A stretch of 63,502 bases of DNA, filler included, from Octopus bimaculoides (taxonomy: Eukaryota), in the NCBI RefSeq assembly GCF_001194135.2. It is 5 parts of 5 records of this genome, joined end to end, with 100 filler letters (N's around TTAATTAATTAA, not from the genome) between each part and the next. Parts side by side here need not be neighbours in the genome. Positions count along the whole stretch, not along the records: positions 18,777 to 41,826 come from NC_068984.1; 4 more parts are not named here. One strand, 5' to 3'. The translations under genes and the position numbers were made by a program. Numbering within the stretch: position 1 is the stretch's first letter; the number at the start of each line of letters is the position of its first letter. Below are positions 24,560-36,805 of this stretch, in pieces. A model generated the notes under the pieces. That model worked only from the letters and a program-made list of their open reading frames with translations, had not been told where the DNA came from and made no database searches.

Positions 24560-25511
24560 TTTCTGTTTCTTTTTCTTTTTTCTTCCTCTTCATCTTCAGA
24601 TTCCTCCTCGCCTTCCTTACAGTATTTTTTTATATGGCCTAGCTGACCACACAGAAAACATCGGGGTTTACGCCCCACGACAAAAACGTTGAGGAACTAC
24701 TCCCCAACTTCTATTTTTTCTGGAAGCTGTTCTAATACAGCTTGTTTTGTTTGAATAATGAGGTGGACCGTGTGGCCGGTCCAATTTGCTTTCTCAGAGA
24801 CGGTAGCCTGAAGTAGTTTTATCTCATCTACTCTTTCTGATAGGACTGCCGCCATCAACCACATAGGGTCGACTTGAGGTGGGACTTTTGGTATTCGTAT
24901 TTTGGCTGTCCTCATACTCATGTATATTGGTATTAAAATTACGTCTTCTGTTTCCAATGATTTCACCGAGTGCAACTGTGCCGTTTCAATATTTTTTAGG
25001 TGTACCTCGATGGTACCGAACTTTTTCCCTCTGGCTAGATATGTGATATCCTGCCAGATGGGCTTTAAACCTTTCTCTACCTATTCCTCGCTTACTCGCT
25101 CTATTTTTCTTTCTTTTTCCAGTACGTCTTGAATATAATAGTTTTTTTCCTCTCTGTCAGTAAAAACTCTTCTGGTGGTTGAACCTTGACAACGTCGTCT
25201 TGAATTGTTATCATGTTCTTGTACATTAACAAATCACTTTTATTCGTCGACAGTTGGCGAGTTCTATCTCCAGCTGCAGACGCAAAACTTCTTTTCTGTT
25301 TGCCTTCCTCCGTTTGAAGGCTTTTCACCTCGATGTTCCTCCTTGCAACGGGAGTCCTCGACAATAATAGCAATTCATTTTCTGATGAATCTGAAACATC
25401 TTTCAATAATATTTTTTCAACTCTTTTGGCCTCTAAATCAAACTTTTTGGCATCTTGCCAGCAATCAATGTTTCCTCCTACAGGGAAAAACACACAATAG
25501 TTTTTGAACAA
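24560..25511 (-). pseudogene. ORF1 remnant (nucleic-acid binding, CCHC knuckle)
   Basis: ORFs 25101-25511 and 24697-24975 continue into KPRCFLCGQLGHIKKYC followed by an acidic/basic tail. Confidence 0.85.
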
Positions 25512-25637
25512 AAACTATTATACAAATTTAAACAGGTACAGCAAATACAACAGGCAACAACACGGAAACAGTCAACAGAAACTACACTTACTATATCAAC
25601 GCACTTAGGTAACAATACCAACACTTCCAACTCCCAG

Positions 25638-25699
25638 AGACGAAATACCGCTAAGCATTTCGCCCGGCGTGCCAACGTTTCTGCCAGCTCACCGCCTTT
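25638..25699 (-). mobile_element. SINE family 2 head (A-box side)
   Basis: Reverse complement AAGGCGGTGAGCTGGCAGAAACGTTGGCACGCCGGGCGAAATGCTTAGCGGTATTTCGTCT. Confidence 0.9.
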
Positions 25700-26166
25700 C
25701 CATCCATGAGTTATCAGAGGATGTAATGATTAGTTACGGTTCAGTTGAGCCAATTATCACTGAAGATTTGAGTATGAGACACGTGCCTGCCAAGTTTGTG
25801 TCAAGACTGCTTTCAGCTGACTGAAAAGACGCTCGGGTTCAGTTGCACAAGTTCTCCCTGATTGTGTCGAGAAAGATGAAAACTTTTTGAAAACTTTGCG
25901 TAGGCCTCTGAGCAGGTATCCCCTAGCTTTTGCCAAAATTTGATGCAGATTCTCTGTTCAACTTTCTGTTATGGTTAATGCGACGATCACACGCTACACA
26001 CCTTCCTTCCAAGGACTGCTGTAAACAACGGAAGTGAGCTAGAACGTTAAAACTAAGTGCAGATGCACATCACAGTTCAATGTCAATCTGTGCCAAGTGG
26101 CTTTACTCTGCGTGCTTTAGCTTTGTTACTAAAGCAACAGTTCGGATACTCATTGATCAGACTACG
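25700..26166 (+). mobile_element. Mariner-derived element, right half, ending in an inverted copy of the transposase 5' end and TIR
   Basis: HELSEDVMISYGSVEPIITEDLSMRHVPAKFVSRLLSAD continues the left half; terminal GCAACAGTTCGGATACTCATTGATCAGACTACG-TA. Confidence 0.82.
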
Positions 26167-26692
26167 TATATATTGTCATGACAATTTAATTTCGGTTTGT
26201 AGGTGTTACGTAAATAGAATCTCTTTAATATATCATTAATGTCTTTAACATGTTGATGAAAGATACAAATATTACAATGAAAGACAAACAACATTTGTAT
26301 ATGCTTTTGCGTGTTTGTAAATTGTTAAGAATAATTATAATCTGAAGACACAAGGGTAACTTTGACAAGCAAACTGAAAATAGTTTCCTTCACAGAACTC
26401 AGCTGTAAACATACCAACCAGTATAAACATATAGTGATACAGAAATACTAATAAATTCAACAATACTGAAATGTTAATTTTCTGAAAGTGCCTGCACTTC
26501 AATTACTGAAACAAATAAAGGAGAAAAGACTATTCCTTTTATGTAAAAAGATTCATGCCTATTACTTTTGCTTCTACAGTTAACTTTATTTCAAAGCTTG
26601 AACTACTGCGTCTATAATGATTCTTCGTAACCGCTTCTTTCATTTGTGTATGTTGTCAATGACTACTTCATTGATTGCTGAGCATTTATTTA

Positions 26693-26752
<60 letters not shown>

Positions 26753-28112
26753 GAAATTCTCTTAACCCTCTTTTCTTATCCTGCATTTTTCAAATCTAAA
26801 TTTCAACTTTCTTAGTAAAGTTTACTATTTACGGCTACGTTTTCAATTAGTTATACACCTTATCGTTGTCGCTTTTCTTTTTGGCACTTTGTTGACTGGA
26901 TATCTGGCTAGGGATCTGAGTCCAAATGTAAAAGCTCAACGAGGAAATACAAGATATAAAAATTTACAACAGTATAGACATTTTTATTTAAAATCAACAT
27001 GACTGGAACTGAAATGTTGGTAGAAATGATGCGATAGCATCGTGCAGGAGTCACGATACCCAAATAAAGTACACAATTTTATATCAAATCTTGTTTGCTT
27101 TCTTCAGCACTTCTTTCGTTCATCTACAACTTGATCACTAAGAAAATCCTACAGCAAAAAAGTCATTGTCATACAAATACAACTTCTAAGGTGTAAAAGA
27201 TTTTAAACCGAAAACTTCACAATCCAGTAGCAAGATAAATTGTAATAATCAAAACAGAACGGATACAAACTCTTAACTTCTGAACCCAGAACCTCATAAC
27301 GCTGATGAGGTTACAAAACTTATTCTCCCTTATTAATTTCAAAATAGAAGAGTTTAAAGATCCCCATAATGAACTCGATGTGGTAGGCGTTCTGTTTGCA
27401 ATGACATCTACGGGCCCAAAAATGCCAGTGAATATTTGAACAGAAAACAATATCTTAAAATGTTTACTTGTCTTAAACATGCAATCAGTTTGCATGACAA
27501 TTTTACAATGAAAAATAACGCTTCCAATTATGGATGCTGGTTGAACAAATGAAATATGGACACTAATCGATTGATTAATATCAAATGAAACATTATCTGA
27601 TAATGGAAAGAAAACATGAATGAATTACCACTGAGAGATGTAACCATTAATTTGACACAGAAATTACAAATATAAATAGAAAATTAAGAGATGATAATAT
27701 CTTATTTTCATAGAATCTCGCAAATTTTGATATACTTCAAATCTCCTGCTTATGAATAAAGACAAGTCCTAGAAATATTTGTTGCACATAGACAGTTAAA
27801 GGTTTCGTTTTCATACGCAATGGTGATGCCTCCAGTTATTCTGTAAGATAACTGCTACAACATGAAAATTGTTTTGATGCTTTGATTGAAACTTTGCATC
27901 TAAATTGCACAGATATTGGAGAAGCCGTTACAATAAACAATTCCAATGCCATGCGTTTTAGAAAGCTTTCGATAGCTTTTGGTAATAATAAGTAATTCTT
28001 TTTGAGATATTTTTGAGATAGGTAAGTAGATAGATAGATAGATAGATAAAGCATGTATCTGTGGTAGACTATATATGTAATATATCTGTGCGTGTGTGTG
28101 CGTGCGTATGTG

Positions 28113-28197
<85 letters not shown>

Positions 28198-29029
28198 GTG
28201 TGTGTGTGTGTGTGATAGAGAGGATTTTCTCAAAGATTTAGAATAGAAAACGTTTTATTAGGTTTCACTTTCAATATTTATAGCCATCTCATAACCTGTA
28301 GATTGCGAAATATTACGAAATGAGATAAATTTGTCATCTTTCGTGCACTTATTCCCCGATATCTGATAACCAATCAATGACAACATTCCTGCACGCTATA
28401 TTCTGTTTCTGGAGAAATATTTTCTACAGATGATTTTAAAAAGTTCTTAACTTTTCTATTTTAATAAGATTAAATATCAGAAATATACTGCTACTAAGTG
28501 ATCAAAGAATGAAATTTCATTGATTTAAAAGAAAATAAAGTATTTCTGAAGTTAAATGAAATCAAATCCATTCAAGCTTTTCTTATCACGGAAAATACTT
28601 TTACATACTATATACAGGGACATATATTTCCTTATATATTCAGCTTTCGTTGCATGTTCACTCAGACTTTTATACATTCATACTTCTCGTTTTTTACTGG
28701 GATTAAAATCTATCCGCTATACATAAATTGTTCTTAATCATCTGGTCGAAAGCTTTAACTGCAAAAGAAATTACTTGAGGCTTTCGGTTACAAACAAATA
28801 TCTACATAGGACAATTTCCACCCGATTTTTAAGTTATTCTAGTATTTTAGTACCATTTTTTTTCCAATAAAAATATCTTTTAAAATTATTGTGGTGAATA
28901 ATCTAATTGCTATTGATATAATGTCTATGTGCCTGCGAGTAAATATCAGCGCATGGTTGTTATAAGAATCAATTAAAGTTGATATTTGAAGAAAAGCAGA
29001 ATAACTGATCGAATAAATTTATTGACAGT

Positions 29030-29432
29030 ATTGGTTTCAAATTTTTGCACACGACCAGCATTATCGGAGGAAGGGACTAATCTATAACATTGATCCCAGT
29101 CTTCAACTGCTACTTACTTTATCGAAAGGTAAAATCGACTTCAATGGAATTTGAACTCAGGACGTAAAGACGGACTAAATGCGGTTAAGCATTTTGCCTA
29201 GCATCTGCCAGTTCACCGCCTTAAATTTGTTGATAATATTGGTTTCAAGTTTTGGCACACAGCCAAGCAATTTAGAGGAAAGGAGCTAAGACGATTACAT
29301 CGACCCCAGTGCTCAACTCGTATCGACCCCGAAAAGATTAAAGACAATATAGACCGTGGCTGCATTTGAACCCAGAACGGACAAAATGCCGCTAGGCATT
29401 GCGCCCGGCATCCTAACGATTCTGCCAGCATG
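29030..29432 (-). mobile_element. Two tandem SINE family 2 copies (~29030-29221 and ~29238-29432)
   Basis: Both show ATTTGAAC(T/C)CAG..GCTA/GTTAAGCATT..CTGCCAG. Confidence 0.8.
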
Positions 29433-29508
29433 CTGCGTAAATTTATTGATAATATTGACATGATGTTGTAATAGAGTAAGTGATATTGGGCTAATATATT
29501 TTATAGAT

Positions 29509-29570
<62 letters not shown>

Positions 29571-29664
29571 TCACACCTGTGTGTGTGTGGCAAAGTGCAC
29601 ACATACGCACGCAGACATTAGCTTCATATCCTAGGCTTCGATGAAACTACAGGATTTTATTCAG

Positions 29665-29870
29665 GCACTTTCAGTCATTTGACTGCGGTTATGCTGGAGC
29701 ACAACCATAAAGGGTCTTTTTAGTCGAAGAAATCGACCCTAAGACTTATTCTTTATAAGCTTAGTACTTATTTTATCGGTCTTTTTTGCCGGCCCGCTGA
29801 TTTACAGGAACGTGAACACACCAACATCGGTTGACAAGCGATGCTGTAGGAACAAACATAGCTACAAAGA
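29665..29870 (-). mobile_element. SINE family 3, 3' part
   Basis: TCAGTCATTTGACTGCGG..TAGTCGA..TAGTACTTATT..CCAACATCGGTTGACAAGCG. Confidence 0.82.
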
Positions 29871-31262
29871 CACGCACACACACGCAAACAAACAAACACG
29901 CACGCACACACACGCACGCACACACACACGCACACATATATATATATTCTAGCTGAATAGCCTGTCGTTGCCAGGCAATTTTTGCAATAGAATGTCATAT
30001 ACAAATTTTTATTTATTACATATCAGAGCATACTTTCCCCGAGAGATATGCCGCTTAATCAGGACAGATTCGTGCAATCTTTCGCCAAAAGATTTCGTTG
30101 AGGATATTTTTCTTTTTTAGATTATTTATATGTCTGTTCGACTGTTTCACGTGACTTTATTTATTAAAACTTCAGAAGTTCTTACAACTTTGGTCGTTGT
30201 AATGCTTTGCTTTGTTTAATAAAAATTCCTCCTCCTAATGATTTTCCTTTCATTTCGTGATAGGCAGCTATCATGCAGAAAAATGCTTCCAAATCCTGTC
30301 AGACGGACAGACATACAGACTAACAGAAATTGACACTTATATATATAGATACGATAGACTTCTTTCAGATTCCGTCTACCAAATCGACCTACAAGGCTTT
30401 GGTCAGCCAGAGGCTGCAGAACACACTCGCTCAAAACAAATAAGTAAATGAGTGAAAATCAAACCGGTGTGGGTGTGTTAAATAATAAGACACTAAAAGA
30501 GAATGACTCGCCCGAGGCACAATAAAATATACATACACACACATACACGCACACACACGCACGCACATACCCGCACACACATACATGCACACACACATAT
30601 ATATACACATAAATGCACACACATTTATACACGCACGCTATAATATGTATCTATATAAACACATGCACACATATCAAGTTACACACTCAAATATATAGAG
30701 GGTATAAAAGTGAAAAATAAACAAACACCTGCTGGAAAATATTCGACGTACCCGTTTTTTGCATCAAGTTGTAAATGATTATGAAATTATGTGGTCATGA
30801 ATGCACCATTCATTAGGGATTTAGCTGCTCATAGTTGATATACAGCAAATTCCATTCGAAAATATTTTTAAAACATTTACCGCACCAAACGAACACACTC
30901 AAAACACATATCCCACAACCAGCTCACCCACAAATTCTAAATAAATTTATAATATGCTCTTCCACCTACAAGTACAAAAAATATAAGCACCAGACTTTAC
31001 ACAAAAATAGCCTAAACTGGAAAATCGTATCTAATCAATAAATAAGAAATGCAAAGCGATGAAAAAACACAATCACTAAACCTGGAGAGATATAAATACA
31101 CCACCAATACAGTGTTGTTACAGCACTTGCTTGAATATCGCGACAGCGTGAAACTCGAAGTGCGAAACAAACATTCAATTCTAAATAAACCATATCTTCT
31201 GCAACAGATAAGTCAGGTCTTAGGATCTGCTTCTGGTAACCTGTAACCCAATACTATTAACT

Positions 31263-33950
31263 TCAGGATCGAGTCGCCGGTGATTAAACTGGAACTCACA
31301 CCAGTCCCGAACCGGAACTGGTGATGTGGGTGGCTAGACACCCTAATGGATGAAAATCAGGAGTCATCAAAGGCTGTCGTTTCATGAGAGCCATCAACGA
31401 CCATATATCTATGGGAGGAAACCCAGTCAGAAAATCAGATGCTGAGTAGAGATAAGTCTCTGTTAAGGTGTGGACTACCCTTGTGTGAGGAAAGGTAATG
31501 GGAGTAAACCCGGACATCAAAATCCCGCAGCCATATACTGTGTGGAGAGTATACAGACATATACTGCGTAGAGTCACAGAACACTGCTCGTGGTTTGGCT
31601 TTATGCTGCGACCTGCTACCTACCGTTCAGTCCTCTGAATCTCTCATGAGAATAGCTGCCTTACCTCAGTTTACTCTGAAAGCGCGGTGGCAGGTGGAGA
31701 GAGCTGCGAAGGCTATGCGCAAACAACAGCAACTTAAATATGTGAATGGCAGCTAAAACCAACACCCCTCACAAACATGACAGAAACAAGGAAACTATGG
31801 CCCTCAGTCCCCAATGGCTCTGGAGCCACTGCTCAAAGAAACGGGCAGACCAGGAAATGAGCAAAGGGTGTTAAGAATCTCTGGGCTCGGACAGGTTTTT
31901 GCCAACAAAAACGGGCCGCCATGATTATCGCTACATGGAATTTATGAACTCTCCTAGATCAAAAAGTGGCCAACCCACCAGAAAGAAGGACCGCACTGGT
32001 AACACGAGAGCTCCAGACATACAGAGTTGACAATTCTGCCCTCTCTCAGCAAGACAATATTTCAAGACAAAAGCCAATTAAGTGAGGTCGGATCAGGATG
32101 TATTAGTTACTTGTCAGGTTACAAAGCCGAAAGGAAGGCAGGTTTCTCAACTCAAGTCACAACCCCAGGGCATCAATGACAGAGTCATGGCTATGAGGCT
32201 TGCCATACACTTCATTGGTAAGTGTCTATACTGCATACCCTACATTGGTAAGTGTCTACGTCCTCAGCATGACAAACAAGGATGAAACCAAAGACGCTTT
32301 CTGTCAACAGCTTCACAAAATTGTAAGATGCGTACCTTCAGATGATAAGTTGAACATCCTGGGATATTTCAATGCGAGAACCAGCTCAGATATAGATACT
32401 AGGGGCTGGTATCATCGGTCAGTATGGTATCATTATGAGAATTTAATTAGCAGGCTTCTGATTTCACTATGCTCCCAGCACAGCGTCTCAATCACAAATA
32501 CTTTCTTCCAACTGAAAGAAGCCTACAAAGCAACTTGGATGCACCTAAAATCGAAGTATTGACATCAAATAGATTTCATCATTTGCAGGGAACATGATCT
32601 GTGCAACTTTCACATCACCAGACCAATCAGAGGTGCCGAATGCTCAACAGACGATATTCTCCTCACATCAAAGGTGAACCTCCAGGTGTGATGAAAATAA
32701 CAGGCCCAGGGGGGAAAAAGCCCATAAAATACTGGATGTTCGGCAAATTAAAAACCCTGGAATATCAATTGCTTTGAAGAACGAACTCTTAAAGTGTCTA
32801 GAGCAAGTTGCTTTGAACAATGGGGAGAGAGAGTGAGAGGCGGGGAACTGGGACAAATCAAGAAATGAAGCTTACACCGTCACCAAAGTGACAATAGATG
32901 TCCTCAAAAGATATCACCTGGACTGGTTTGATGACAATGATTTTGAAGTTTGAAATCTTCTTGCTGAGAAGTATACTGCACACACAAGAACTGGCTTGCA
33001 GTGAAACAGTCTGACTCAAAGAGGGGCAAGTTCCAACAACTTAGAGGAGTAGTTCAGAAGCGCTTGCATTCCATGAGCAATGAACGATGGAAAAAGAAAG
33101 CCAAACTCTTCTACTCCAGCTTGAAGCTGTACGGGCCACCGCTAAAAAGTGCAGCCCTTATCCGGAAATGAGAGGGTGAGCTCCTCACTGATAACAAGGC
33201 AATAAATATGAGATGGTCAGAGCACTTCGAGTAGCTCCTTATTAAGCCTTCATCGATTGACCTTAGAATCATTGAACAGATCTCTGTAAGACCCCTACGT
33301 ACGGAACTTGACGACCCACCAACGGAGGATGAGGTAGCAGGAGCAATTGAAAAGTTACGACGTGGCAAATCACTAGGCCTCGATGGCATTCCGCATGAAG
33401 TTTTCAAAATAGGTGGTCCATCACTGATACAAAAATTCGCTGAGATCTCTTTCTATGTGCTGGGAGGATGGATGGGTAACTGCAAGATCTGAAAGATACC
33501 AGAATAGGACACTTGTACTAAGGCAAAGATGACAAATCCAGTTGTGACATGGGATCTCTCTTCTTAACCATTGGTAGCAATTTCGTTGCTAAAGTCATTC
33601 TAAACAGGTTGAATACCCATCTTCCTCATGAATCTGACGATGAACTGACCAAGTGAACGACCATCGACCAAGAGGACGGTCAAATCATCACTATAGAGAT
33701 ACCCAGAAAAAGTCCTTCCAGAAATGTGATATTGATTAAGAAAAATGTGAAATCATGGCCATGAACAGATGTGAATGGAGGCAAGCAGTTCACAAGGGAA
33801 GAGAAGCCTACGAAAATGAAAGACGAGTCAACCAAGTTGAAAAACGCTCGGCAATGAAGGCTAGAACTAACAACGTAGAGTGCTTCATTGTGTGTCCAGT
33901 ATGCGGTCACCACTCTGCATTTAACTTTGGCCCCAGATCCAACAATATAT
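31263..33950 (+). mobile_element. Degenerate RTE-clade LINE with most of the RT deleted
   Basis: MIIATWN..LLD, ERRTALVTREL, GYFNART, ITNTFFQL..ATWMHLKSKY, LDWFDDND, LDDPPTEDEV, GLDGIPHEVFK, KVILNRL, then a jump (~33620-33700) to the C-terminal WRQAVHKG..CPVCG. Confidence 0.88.
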
Positions 33951-34740
33951 AGTACACATGCGCGCGCATGTGAATGAACAAAAGTAACAAGGTGACACTC
34001 ATCACATTTGGTAGGAGTTACATATATATTTTTAAAATAACAATTTGATTCAGTGCCATATAGCTTAAAGTTTCGTAGTCGCGTACGACAGCCCTATGTC
34101 ATCGGACAGCTCAGTTTACGTGGTATTAATGTTGTGGAAACGACACCAGTACTTTTCTGTTTATTTAGGCCCACGTGCTCTGACAGGATGCTGGAAGAAA
34201 GCTAACGTCAGTTTGGCAGCAAGCTGTCGTCAGTTTGGCAACTGTGATATAGTGTATCAGCGACATCATTTCATCGTATTTGATACGATACGTGGTAGGG
34301 TGGAGTGTTGTCGCGGGTTAGTGACTCGCTTGTCGTTCAGTCAGGTATTAACATATTAGCGGCAGCAGTCTTCACGTGGAAATAAGTAGATTTGATGGTA
34401 TTAGGTTAAAATCGAGGCTGGATGATCAATGTGGGCTGAGTTGTAGTCTATGCAGACCGCAGGAAATAATATCATGCCCTTGTATGTGGAGCAATCGGGC
34501 CTTACGTGCTATATATGGTAATCAGCTACCACTGGCATAGAGTTCATCAATAGTGCGCATAGCTAGAAGGCATCTTTAATTTGTCTCAAACCCTTTACTG
34601 GTCGTGGGATATCTAAAGACACGGGTCCGTTTTCCGCGGCCACGAAATTCTAAGTCATATATTATTAATATATATAAATATATTAGTTTATGTATGTTTG
34701 TGTGTATGTATGTATGTGTGTATGTATGTATGTATGTATG

Positions 34741-34771
<31 letters not shown>

Positions 34772-35256
34772 CCAGCTGCGATTATGGTAGAGCATCGTAA
34801 TTATCGATTTCTTTTTGTCGCACTGCAAACAAACATGCATAAACCATGACACTATTTTATTCAAACGATGCTAATTGAAAACAGAGAATCATATGCAAAT
34901 AGATATACTTACACGTTATACATGTATATGAATGTATATANNNNNNNNNNNNNNNNNNNNNNNNNNNNNNNNNNNNNNNNNNNNNNNNNNNNNNNNNNNN
35001 NNNNNNNNNNNNNNNNNNNNNNNNNNNNNNNNNNNNNNNNNNNNNNNNNNNNNNNNNNNNNNNNNNNNNNNNNNNNNNNNNNNNNNNNNNNNNNNNNNNN
35101 NNNNNNNNNNNNNNNNNNNNNNNNNNNNNNNNNNNNNNNNNNNNNNNNNNNNNNNNNNNNNNNNNNNNNNNNNNNNNNNNNNNNNNNNNNNNNNNNNNNN
35201 NNNNNNNNNNNNNNNNNNNNNNNNNNNNNNNNNNNNNNNNNNNNNNNNNNNNNNNN

Positions 35257-35309
<53 letters not shown>

Positions 35310-36040
35310 TTTGATATGTATGTACATGATAATTACATACATGTAAGTGTCTCTTTCAGCGTGTTCTTGTGAATGTGTTATTTGTGTGGACATATGTATT
35401 CTAGCGTTGTAAATATGAGAAGCATCCCATTAATGGGATATGTATATATATATATCCCATATATATATGAAGAGAAAGAGAGGGAAAAGGGAGAGAGAGG
35501 AGAAAGAGAAAGAAAAAGAGAGGTAGAAAGAGGGAGAGGGAAGGTGAGAGAGTGAGTGGGGGAGAGATGCGTATGCGTGTCTATATGCGTATACTTAGAG
35601 AGAGAGGTATTACTGACAGTGTGCAAAAATGAAACTAATGCACAAATTATAACATGTAAGTGGGTAATTTTACTGAAATTTTAATCTTATGTATATAATT
35701 TGATGTTTCGGTTGACATCACTGTAAAAATAATGAAAAATTATTACAGTTATGCCCCTTTCCGTATTACTTAGTAAATCTGTGTATTTTGATATGACATG
35801 AAAAGAGGGCGTGGTGTAACTAGCTGCAAATAGCTCTACTGATAGAATATATATGGGGATGTTTAAATACATTCCAGGTGCTATGTAGTAGATAGACCAA
35901 AGAAACCCGAAGTAGTACACTTTTGATTCATGTTATGCTGATACTTAATCGTTGAGCGTTCACAATGACTCAGCGTTTAATTCATTGGTATGTTTATAAA
36001 TTTAATAAACGGGATAAATTCAATACTTACTACAAGTTAC

Positions 36041-36605
36041 GGATCTTTTTTTAAACGGGGGCCACATTTTTCATTAATGTTTTACGTAGTGTTTTTGGTA
36101 CCGAAAGACTTTCAAACTTCGTATACTTATCTATTTTGTGTTATAGAACAGAAAAATATTTTTGTATTCGGATTTATTTCATGTAAAAAATTGTCTTATT
36201 TCGATAATTTCAACCAATCACTGACAAGTATTCAGTTGTTTACATTTACTCCTTTGGCTGATTAAGCGGTGTAAAGCGTATTTAATTTCCATAGCTTCGT
36301 TTTGCTTTTTTCTTTTTAAATTTGCTGTTTTACCCTAACCCTAACCCTAACTCTATCACCGATAGAATTGTTTCAGAATCATTTGTTTATGTAGTCGGCA
36401 CTTAATGTATATCAGCTGAATGGACGTCAGTGATTGGTTGAAATTACAGAAATACGACAACTTTAACATGGAATAACTTAGGGATTTCTTTTTTTTTAAA
36501 GAAGACTAAGAGAAAAAGATGTTTTATATGACACATTCTACCAGTGTTCCAAGTTTCAAAGTGTTTCGTTAATGAAAAATGTGGCCCCAGTTTTAAAAAA
36601 TATCC
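36041..36605. mobile_element. MITE with GG-initiated ~37-bp TIRs and 8-bp TSD (Merlin- or hAT-like), containing CCCTAA repeats
   Basis: GGATCTTTTTTTAAACGGGGGCCACATTTTTCATTAA versus TTAATGAAAAATGTGGCCCCAGTTTTAAAAAATATCC; TSD CAAGTTAC at 36033-36040 and 36606-36613. Confidence 0.9.
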
Positions 36606-36805
36606 CAAGTTACTTCAGAGGATATATAAACGTTTCGATAACTACATACTTCACCAACTAGCGCTGTTGTAAAGACAACAACTTGTGTAGCCATAACAAT
36701 GTATAGGAGATGCTAATATCACGAGGGGATGAGATTTAAATCTACCAGGAACTGACAAAAGAACTAGGATGTGCTCCATATACAACTACGAAAAATGGTG
36801 AAATA

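Larger units (their letters stand above)
20383..25637 (-). mobile_element. Full-length (~5.25 kb) degenerate Tx1/L1-clade LINE
   Basis: 12-bp TSD AGACGAAATACC (20371-20382 and 25638-25649); AATAAA at the 3' end; ORF1 and ORF2 remnants as listed separately. Confidence 0.93.

Noticed and set aside
27107-27195. Strong + strand acceptor (TTGTTTGCTTTCTTCAG)
   Set aside because: All three frames close within 30 codons, and the next strong donor (28022) has stops in every frame before it.
34096-34359. 87-aa ORF, phase-compatible with the 14.7 kb exon via the acceptor at ~34168
   Set aside because: The peptide is not recognisable and has no strong donor; kept only as part of the CpG-rich island finding.
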